DNA of 64,000 bases, taken from contig JBHPJW010000003.1 in NCBI GenBank assembly GCA_042567505.1, positions 7,071 to 71,070 on the forward strand, given 5' to 3'. The notes under the pieces are model-generated. The model did no database searches. It was not told the origin of the DNA and saw only the letters and a program-made list of their open reading frames with translations. The position numbers and the translations under genes are program-made. Below, piece by piece: positions 18,609 through 25,355 of this stretch (position 1 is the first letter of the stretch; each line of letters begins with the position of its first letter). The stretch is from Fibrobacterota bacterium (GTDB lineage Bacteria; Fibrobacterota; Fibrobacteria; UBA11236; JADFYW01).

Positions 18609-19751
18609 ATGACTTTTCGAATAAGAACGAGCCGCAAGAATAATTTCCGTGTGTTCCATTTGAGCGGAACCTTTGATACTCAAGCCTGCTTTGATTTAAA
18701 AGAATCTCTGGTGGATCCGCTTAAAGATGAGTATTACAGTATTTGTCTGGATCTGACAGCTGTTCCCCACATTGATCACAGCGGTTTCAGGTTTCTGGAG
18801 AATATTCAGAAAAACCTGGAGAGGTCCGGGCGCAGTTTAGTGGTGTTCGGGGCCGGCGCGGAAATCCTGGAGGTGATGAAGACCCAGGGAATGGAAAAAC
18901 GGGTGAAACATTATCAGTCTCTTTATGAATTTGAAAGCACATTCAACGCGGAAGAGAAGAAAACCAGAAAGAAGTATTATGAACTGGCCGTCCCGGCCGG
19001 GACGGTAAGGAAACTCGCTCTCAACTGTCCACTCTGCCAAACAGAGGGGCTTTCCGGATATTTCTGTGATGAATCCCAGCATGAATACTTGTGGGAAGAT
19101 TCTGAGATTACTCCTCAATGGCGTCTGAAGGAAAACCCTGAAAACCAGATTGATTTTGAATTATATGAGGTGGCTGTCTGCCATAAATGTTTTTTTTCCT
19201 CCTGCAAGCTGGACCATTTCATAGTGTCCTTACCCGAGGGAACCATCCCTTCCGTATTAACCCATGAACAAAAGGAAGGGCTGCAGAAAAATTCCTCGCA
19301 CAGGAGCAACGCCCTGTCTTCCTATCAGCGCCAGAACGCGAAATCATTTTTTTCCATGCCCCGGGACGGCAATGCCGGATACCTGTCCTGGCTGCTGTAT
19401 GACAAGACTGTGCGCGATTTGGCCAAGGACCGGGCGCATACTAATTCAATCGAGGTAGCCCGCGCCAATATTTTATCAGCGAAATATTCAAGTAACAAAT
19501 TGGACAGGAACAATGCCTTTACCACGGCCCATGTCTGGCTTTCCGATATGATAAATAACCCTGACGGTTACACAACCAGTGAACTGGTCATGGGGAACAT
19601 CTACCTTGTCAGTGTGAGCATGGCCATAGATAAAATGAAGGAAGCGAAGAAGATCTATCAGCATTTCTTGGAACAGTATGGCAATGACGGATACTTTACC
19701 TTCTGGACGCGAAGGGCCAAGGAGCTGGCACGGGAGTTCGATAGTCCCTAG
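18609..19751 (+). CDS. STAS (anti-sigma-factor-antagonist-like) domain fused to a DUF2225-like zinc-ribbon/helical domain
   Basis: The N-terminal ~105 aa are SpoIIAA/RsbV-like (VFHLSGTFD..., DLTAVPHIDHSGFRFL, with a Ser in the DxSG position). The next segment, LNCPLCQ...IDFELYEVAVCHKCFFSS, matches my memory of the DUF2225 CPxC...YxVxVCPxCGYA pattern, followed by a helical C-terminus. Confidence 0.6.
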   Translation: MTFRIRTSRKNNFRVFHLSGTFDTQACFDLKESLVDPLKDEYYSICLDLTAVPHIDHSGFRFLENIQKNLERSGRSLVVFGAGAEILEVMKTQGMEKRVKHYQSLYEFESTFNAEEKKTRKKYYELAVPAGTVRKLALNCPLCQTEGLSGYFCDESQHEYLWEDSEITPQWRLKENPENQIDFELYEVAVCHKCFFSSCKLDHFIVSLPEGTIPSVLTHEQKEGLQKNSSHRSNALSSYQRQNAKSFFSMPRDGNAGYLSWLLYDKTVRDLAKDRAHTNSIEVARANILSAKYSSNKLDRNNAFTTAHVWLSDMINNPDGYTTSELVMGNIYLVSVSMAIDKMKEAKKIYQHFLEQYGNDGYFTFWTRRAKELAREFDSP

Positions 19752-19770
19752 AACGCGGTTTATAGTAATT

Positions 19771-19860
19771 TGTCATTAGCACCCTCGCTTCGCGGGACGC
19801 GTCATTAGTCTTGGGTTATCGGTGTTTTTAAATGACGAACGACTAATGACCAATGACGCG
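19771..19860. repeat. GTCATTA/AATGAC stutter hairpin
   Basis: tGTCATTAGc (19771-80) and cgcGTCATTAGTC (19798-19810) face AATGACG AACGACT AATGACC AATGACG (19831-19858). A perfect 10-bp inverted repeat pairs 19801-19810 with 19841-19850. Confidence 0.85.
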
Positions 19861-19909
19861 CCCAAAGCCCCGGATATAGAGCAACAGGGCGTTAATCACA
19901 AATGATAAA

Positions 19910-20692
19910 TCATCCCTGCGTATTGAAATAGGGTGCAAAAGTATCCACAACCTCTTGATGCAGCAAACCGTTGGTGGCCAGGCCGCTTCTGTCAGAGAGG
20001 TAATCCCCGCCTTTTAACGAGGTAAAGGTTCCGCCGGCCTCCGGTATGATCACCGCCATGGGAGCCATGTCCCATATCTCAACAATGGGATCGACCATAA
20101 CTTCGGCCCGTCCGGAAGCCACCAGTAAATATCCAAAACAGTCCCCCCATCCTCTGGCCAGGAGGGATTTGGACCTCAGTTCCCGCCAGGGCTTTGCCAG
20201 GCCCATGTTTTCCATGGTTGTGGCACTTCCATCCAGCAGTGTTGCCCCCGGCAAGTCACCGATTTGAGATACACGGCAAGGAGCGTCGTCAATAAAACAA
20301 CCCTGCTCCTTCACCGCCCAGACAGTGATGTTCAAAGCGGGAAATCCGATTAATCCCATCACCGGTTCCCCGTCTTTAAGCAGGGCCAGGAGTGTCCCGA
20401 ACAGGGGGACCCCATGAATAAATGATTTTGTCCCGTCAATGGGATCGATGACCCACTGGTGCGGAGTTTCACCGAGTTTGCCCCCGCATTCCTCTCCGAT
20501 CACGCTATAGCTGGGGGTATGTTCATCGATGACCCTGCGCATGATTTCTTCAGCTTTTTTATCAGCTATGGTTAACGGTGACTGGTCAGGTTTTACTTCA
20601 ACCTTCAGCTCTGTCTGGTAATACTTCATTATTTCCCGTTTGGCCAGGTCCAGCAGGTGCTTTCCCAGTTGAAGCTCTTCGTTATAATCCAT
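19910..20692 (-). CDS. inositol monophosphatase family protein (IMPase/HisN-like)
   Basis: WVIDPIDGTKSFIHGVPLFGTLLAL and WDMAPMAVIIPEAGG are the two IMPase-family signature regions. Confidence 0.85.
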   Translation of the reverse strand: MDYNEELQLGKHLLDLAKREIMKYYQTELKVEVKPDQSPLTIADKKAEEIMRRVIDEHTPSYSVIGEECGGKLGETPHQWVIDPIDGTKSFIHGVPLFGTLLALLKDGEPVMGLIGFPALNITVWAVKEQGCFIDDAPCRVSQIGDLPGATLLDGSATTMENMGLAKPWRELRSKSLLARGWGDCFGYLLVASGRAEVMVDPIVEIWDMAPMAVIIPEAGGTFTSLKGGDYLSDRSGLATNGLLHQEVVDTFAPYFNTQG

Positions 20693-20739
20693 AGTTTTTT
20701 CCAGTTTTGAGTTAATGACAATGCCGCCGGACTTGTTAT

Positions 20740-20827
20740 TCAGGAGTCAGGAGTCAGTTGTCAGAAAGAAATCTCTACAGAACCAGTTCATGAATTTGCC
20801 CAGCATGAGAGACTGACTCCTGACCAC
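20740..20827. repeat. GAGTCAG stutter hairpin
   Basis: TCAG GAGTCAG GAGTCAG TTGTCAG (20740-20764) faces GACTGACTCCTGACCAC (20811-20827). A perfect 11-bp inverted repeat pairs 20740-20750 with 20813-20823. Confidence 0.85.
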
Positions 20828-20872
20828 TATCACCCGAGCCTCCCTATCTTTGAGTAAAAAAAATAGATTTTT

Positions 20873-22204
20873 CTAAGAATTTGAACTGACCATCCGGCAG
20901 TAAAATTCCCAGAACTTATCAATTGAATTTTCATAGGTGAATTTAAGGGCCCTCTGTCTGGCCTCTACCTTGAATTCCTCCAGTTTGTCTGGATTATCAA
21001 CGAGGAAAAGCAGCTTTTCTATAAAGTCCTGTACATCATCGGCATGGAAAATAAGCCCGCTTTTATGGTTTTCAATGATTTCCTGAGGACCTCCCTCATC
21101 GGACACGATGCAGGGAACGCCGCAACCCAGGGCCTCTATAACCGTATTTCCAAACGTGTCGGTGGTGCTGGGAAACACCATGATGTCTGCGGCGGCAAGG
21201 ACTCCCGCCAGGTCGTTTCCCCTCAGAACCCCGGTAAATCCGACTTTCCCGGTGGGCTTTAACCTGGATTCCATTTCTTTCCGGTAGGGGCCCTCGCCAA
21301 CCAGAGTCAGGTTTATTTCATTTCTCATTTCAAGGAGCCTGGGTAAAGCTTCCACCAGGATGCTGAGATTTTTTTCCCGGGAAATGCGCCCCATATAGAT
21401 AATCCTTGTGCCCGGCAGGTCTGAAGTGAACCGTTCCCAAGCCCCATTGTTTTTTTTGTCCGGATGAAACATGGTTGCATGCACGCCTCTGGGCAGTTTG
21501 AATATGTTTTTAGCGGGGACTCCCATGTCAATGATCTTTTTCTTGAAGGCATTGGATGGTACTATTACAGGACCTCCATAGCGGGTAAAACAGGTCACCC
21601 AGGTCTTCAGGGCGCTTCTTCCCAATCTGTTGTGTATCAGTTTTTTAAAATAAGCCGGCAGATCCGTGCGATAGTGCGTAACTGTTTTGATTCCGATGAT
21701 CCTTGCCGTCAGCAGGATCAGCATCCCTACGCCGCCCGGCGATTCCAGTTCAATCAAATCTATAGGGTAGCGTTTTAATAGCCTCAGCATCAGACTGATG
21801 TTTGGTATTGCGGATTCACTTCCCTGATACCCCACCTGTTCCATGGAACAACGCGCAGGGAGCATGATGATATTGCCGCCGTGCGCGGTTTCCATGCGCG
21901 CCGGTTTGTTGTGGAACGCAACGCCTATCAGAAAGACCGGTCTGTTTTTCCTGTGCATGGCCCTGACAAAAGAACGGGTGGAAAGGGCGATGCCGTTTAC
22001 TTCATCCAGATTATCTCCTATCAGGGCTACGTTAGGCCTGGAAGGATTTGTTTTTCTAGTTTTATAAAATCTGTTCATGGAATAGAGGGCAGGTATATTG
22101 GAAATGAGTTCGTAGAAAAACCAGAACGTGATTTTCACGCTGCTGATAAAGGAAACAGGATAGTGATTGTGCTGTCGCTGATTTTTTGATTTTATGTTCA
22201 CCAT
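20873..22204 (-). CDS. family 4 glycosyltransferase (GT-B, 'group 1')
   Basis: C-terminal GT4 pattern: YMGRISREKN...LVGEGPYRKEME, FPSTTDTFGNTVIEALGCGVPCIVSDEGGPQEII. The N-terminal ~40 aa may be a membrane anchor or a miscalled start. Confidence 0.8.
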   Translation of the reverse strand: MVNIKSKNQRQHNHYPVSFISSVKITFWFFYELISNIPALYSMNRFYKTRKTNPSRPNVALIGDNLDEVNGIALSTRSFVRAMHRKNRPVFLIGVAFHNKPARMETAHGGNIIMLPARCSMEQVGYQGSESAIPNISLMLRLLKRYPIDLIELESPGGVGMLILLTARIIGIKTVTHYRTDLPAYFKKLIHNRLGRSALKTWVTCFTRYGGPVIVPSNAFKKKIIDMGVPAKNIFKLPRGVHATMFHPDKKNNGAWERFTSDLPGTRIIYMGRISREKNLSILVEALPRLLEMRNEINLTLVGEGPYRKEMESRLKPTGKVGFTGVLRGNDLAGVLAAADIMVFPSTTDTFGNTVIEALGCGVPCIVSDEGGPQEIIENHKSGLIFHADDVQDFIEKLLFLVDNPDKLEEFKVEARQRALKFTYENSIDKFWEFYCRMVSSNS

Positions 22205-22288
22205 TATAATTTAGCATTTTGAACAAACAAACAGAACGCACGGGATGCGGTGGAAATTTTGCGCTGCGGATCCGGTTACGGGCATTTC

Positions 22289-23506
22289 ATGATTTTTCTT
22301 GATATTAATACCTTTTACTGCCCCAGAGCCGGAGGAATCCGGACGTATCACCTGGAAAAAATTGAGTATTTTAAAAGCCATTCTGAGCATACCTATTACC
22401 TGGTATTTCCCGGGAAGAAACGGGAATCCACAAATCCGGCCTCAAACATACACCTGGAAAAAGTATTTGGGATTGCCGCCGGCAGGGATCAGGATGGATA
22501 CAGGCTTATCCTGGATTACCTGTCTGTGTTTTTATTAATTAAGGAAACAAAACCAGATATTGTGGAAGCCGGAGATCCCTGGCTCACCGGGCTTTTTTGC
22601 ATGCTCTCATCTTTTCCCGAGGGAACGAAACGGACATCGTTTTACCATGCGGATCCCGTTGACACGTATTTCAAACCCTGGTCGAACACCGGGAAAGTGG
22701 GTTTATCACTTAAAAAAATCCTGGCAGCTTACGCAGGAAAGGTTTTTTACGGCCTGCAGAAAAGATATTTTTCCACACTGGTGACTTCAGACCTCATGCG
22801 CCGAAAGCTGTCGGAAAAAAAAATTCCCAGGGTAGCGCTTCTGCCATTCGGAATACATCCTGTTTTTTTGGAACAGGGTGAACTCAGGGGAACTTACCTT
22901 AAAGAGGAAAGGAAAAAGATAAAACTTCTGTATGCGGGCAGGTTGGATAAGGAGAAAGGTATGGACCTCCTCATCGAGGCGGTTCCCAAACTGTTAAACC
23001 GGCATGATGTGAGCCTCACCGTCGCCGGCCGGGGGAAATTCGCCGATTACTTCTCCGGGATGAGAGGCATGGGCCTGGATTATTTGGGATTCATAGATTC
23101 ACGCGAACAAATGGCTGAGGTTATCGCCAATCACGATGTATTTCTGGCGCCAGGACCCAATGAGACCTTTGGCATGGGGGTTCTGGAGGCCCTGGCCTGC
23201 GGTCTGATTGCGGTAGGTCCCGACAGCGGAGGTACTGGTGAGATATTAACCGGAATGGGCTCTGATTTTATCTTTAAGGCGGGTGACGCGGACAGTTTCT
23301 ATGAAAAAATCCGTATGGCAATCAAGTGTAATCTCAAAGAAGAGTTTACCCGGTCCCGGAAAGCGGCAAAGGCCTTTGGCAGCTGGGACAGGGCAATTAA
23401 CAGGATGGTGAGGTATTATGAGGACTTGAGACGGGATCAGCCGCCGTCGTCCCGCCTCCGGCGGCATTATGGCGGGCCAGGGGAGTCAGAGGGAATGAAA
23501 TTATAA
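22289..23506 (+). CDS. family 4 glycosyltransferase (GT-B)
   Basis: YAGRLDKEKGMDLLIEAV...VAGRGKF...APGPNETFGMGVLEALACGLIAVGPDSGGTGEIL. The ATG at 22289 (MIFLDINTFYCPRAGG) is preferred over the tracked GTG at 22250. It is divergent from the previous GT4 gene. Confidence 0.8.
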   Translation: MIFLDINTFYCPRAGGIRTYHLEKIEYFKSHSEHTYYLVFPGKKRESTNPASNIHLEKVFGIAAGRDQDGYRLILDYLSVFLLIKETKPDIVEAGDPWLTGLFCMLSSFPEGTKRTSFYHADPVDTYFKPWSNTGKVGLSLKKILAAYAGKVFYGLQKRYFSTLVTSDLMRRKLSEKKIPRVALLPFGIHPVFLEQGELRGTYLKEERKKIKLLYAGRLDKEKGMDLLIEAVPKLLNRHDVSLTVAGRGKFADYFSGMRGMGLDYLGFIDSREQMAEVIANHDVFLAPGPNETFGMGVLEALACGLIAVGPDSGGTGEILTGMGSDFIFKAGDADSFYEKIRMAIKCNLKEEFTRSRKAAKAFGSWDRAINRMVRYYEDLRRDQPPSSRLRRHYGGPGESEGMKL

Positions 23507-23536
23507 ACAATCAAACATTCAAACAATCAATCATTC
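23505..23536. repeat. octamer stutter AAACAATC AAACATTC AAACAATC AATCATTC
   Basis: Read directly. It begins within the stop codon of the GT4 gene (23504-23506). Confidence 0.8.
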
Positions 23537-23632
23537 GATTGACGAAGTGGAAGTTAGGAAGCAGACAGATGGAAAATGATGAAGAGGACGATTAAAGTGT
23601 TCTCTCTTCAGGTTTCCTTAGGACTATATCTC

Positions 23633-23681
23633 AATTAAAAATTGAAAATTTAGGATTAACCACACCTCACAACTCACAACC
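23633..23681. repeat. seven consecutive 7-nt units abutting a start codon
   Basis: AATTAAA AATTGAA AATTTAG GATTAAC CACACCT CACAACT CACAACC, followed immediately by the ATG at 23682. Confidence 0.8.
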
Positions 23682-24431
23682 ATGAATCCCAGATTTTTAT
23701 TCTCAGTCCATGACGTGGTGCCGGTGCATCTGCCAAGACTGCAATTGGCGGAGAAACTGATAGAGGAGCTTGGCATTTCCAGGGTATGTTACCTGCTGGT
23801 GCCTGACTTCCATAACTCCGGGGCCTCAAGCAGCAACCGGGAATTTGTGGATTGGTGCCGGAAGCCCCGAAACTTTTCCGTTGAATGGTTTTTACATGGA
23901 TTCAGCCATCTGGAGGCTGGAAAAAAGAAATATTCCGGGAAAAAGGGAATATACAACGCTATCAGACGTTATCTCTTTACTGACGGTGAGGCGGAGTTTC
24001 TGGAGCTTAACAGAGAAGATACCAGCCGGTTGCTGGTAAACGGCACAAAGGAATTTAAAAAGTGCCTGGGGGAAATCAGTCCTCAGGGTTTTGTAGCCCC
24101 GGCCTGGCTTTTTAATCAGGATTTATTGCCATGTCTGGCCCAGGCAGGTATTAGCCTCACAGAGGACCACAGGTTTATCTATGATGTCCGGAAAAATGAA
24201 AAAACCAGGTGCCCTGTGATTACCTGGGCCACGAGGACCGCTGTGAGGAAATATGGTTCCTTTCTGGTATGCGGGATACAGGAGCGTTTATGGAAGAATA
24301 ATCCCTTGATGAGAATTGCAGTTCACCCAAGTGATTTTGAACACCGGGTAACTGTGGCTAATATCAGGAAAATTCTGGAAAGAACCTTGAGGATCAGGAC
24401 GGCCGTAAGTTATTCATCCTGCCTCCATTGA
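23682..24431 (+). CDS. DUF2334-type predicted polysaccharide deacetylase
   Basis: MNPRFLFSVHDVVPVH... and ...WFLHGFSHLE match the HD-x-x-P / LHG-x-x-H pattern I associate with DUF2334 (COG3233). It follows two GT4 genes. Confidence 0.6.
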   Translation: MNPRFLFSVHDVVPVHLPRLQLAEKLIEELGISRVCYLLVPDFHNSGASSSNREFVDWCRKPRNFSVEWFLHGFSHLEAGKKKYSGKKGIYNAIRRYLFTDGEAEFLELNREDTSRLLVNGTKEFKKCLGEISPQGFVAPAWLFNQDLLPCLAQAGISLTEDHRFIYDVRKNEKTRCPVITWATRTAVRKYGSFLVCGIQERLWKNNPLMRIAVHPSDFEHRVTVANIRKILERTLRIRTAVSYSSCLH

Positions 24432-24616
24432 TAAGGCCGTGTGAGGCGTATCACATAAAACCTCAAATTCCTAAAAGGAATTGGCTATTTTCGCCTGACG
24501 GCTAAAGTGGCTTTGCTTATTTCACGATATATATAATATAGCGTTTCTCACTGAATTCTTAATAAAATTGCGAAAAATGGAAATTTTCACCTTTTAACGC
24601 TTTTGAGGTATAAAAA

Positions 24617-25147
24617 ATGACGATTCCCTATTTGAATTTGAGGCTGGGACACTGGGACATCTTGAATTTCAGCATTAGGGATTGGCTGGTATCGCAAATA
24701 ACCGGCCTTTTTATTTTCAGGACCGCGAAGACGGAACAAGTGCAGGCCCAAGCCAGCGCTGGAAAAGACTCTATTTGCGGGGGCGCCCGAAAAAGCCGCT
24801 TATTTGTGGATCCGAAAATAGGAATCTCATTATTACCCGAAGGAATGGAGGAGCAGGATGGCCTGGCCCTGATCAGCGCCTGGGATAAAGTCAAAAAAAG
24901 AGTGAAAAATCCCTCTCAGACAGATATATATGGTTTTCTCATGTGCTGGTTTTATGAGAACTGGAAACATCAGGTCTCTGAAAAATTCAATGAGAAGATC
25001 ACCTCTGATTTCGGGGGATTAATGGTCTCCATCACTGAATTTTTGTGGGAAAGAGAACTTGAGGAGAATATGGAAAAGGGTTGTTCCAGACGGATACGGA
25101 ACAGGGCCGCCAGGGCTCGTATCAGAAAAATTGCCATGCAGGCGTAG
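24617..25147 (+). CDS. hypothetical protein
   Basis: 176-aa ORF with an arginine-rich C-terminus (SRRIRNRAARARIRKIAMQA). No family recognised. It is the only long ORF in a 920-nt gap, and coding status is unproven. Confidence 0.35.
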   Translation: MTIPYLNLRLGHWDILNFSIRDWLVSQITGLFIFRTAKTEQVQAQASAGKDSICGGARKSRLFVDPKIGISLLPEGMEEQDGLALISAWDKVKKRVKNPSQTDIYGFLMCWFYENWKHQVSEKFNEKITSDFGGLMVSITEFLWERELEENMEKGCSRRIRNRAARARIRKIAMQA

Positions 25148-25177
25148 TCTAGAGAACAGAGCTCTGAATAATTTTTT

Positions 25178-25351
25178 ATTCTGGATTTTAAATTTTGAAT
25201 TGAGCGCAAGTCTTAAAGAAGTCTGGTAAAATACCAACTTCTCTTCCCGGTTTCCTCATAAAAAATTAAGGCTAAAAAAAAAGAAGCCGGATTCTATAAT
25301 GACCCGGCTCCCATAATCTAGAATTCAAAAGTTAAAATTTAGAATTATTGT
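25178..25351. repeat. long-range stutter inverted repeat (ATTNNNN x4 facing NNNNGAA/AAA x5)
   Basis: ATTCTGG ATTTTAA ATTTTGA ATTGAGC (25178-25205) versus TCTAGAA TTCAAAA GTTAAAA TTTAGAA TTATTGT (25317-25351). 18 of 21 positions are complementary between 25179-25199 and 25324-25344. Confidence 0.75.
25274..25310 (-). terminator. Rho-independent terminator of the DUF362 gene
   Basis: Minus strand reads GGAGCCGG-gtcattatagaat-CCGGCTTC followed by T9 (plus strand A9 at 25274-25282). It lies about 45 nt downstream of the stop at 25356. Confidence 0.7.
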
Positions 25352-25355
25352 ATCC

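Noticed and set aside
18419-18637. 72-aa minus-strand ORF upstream of nnr
   Set aside because: It is composed of the GGAG/CTCC stutter hairpin and promoter DNA (…GSGERGEWSF…). It has no RBS or family signal and overlaps the start of the STAS gene.
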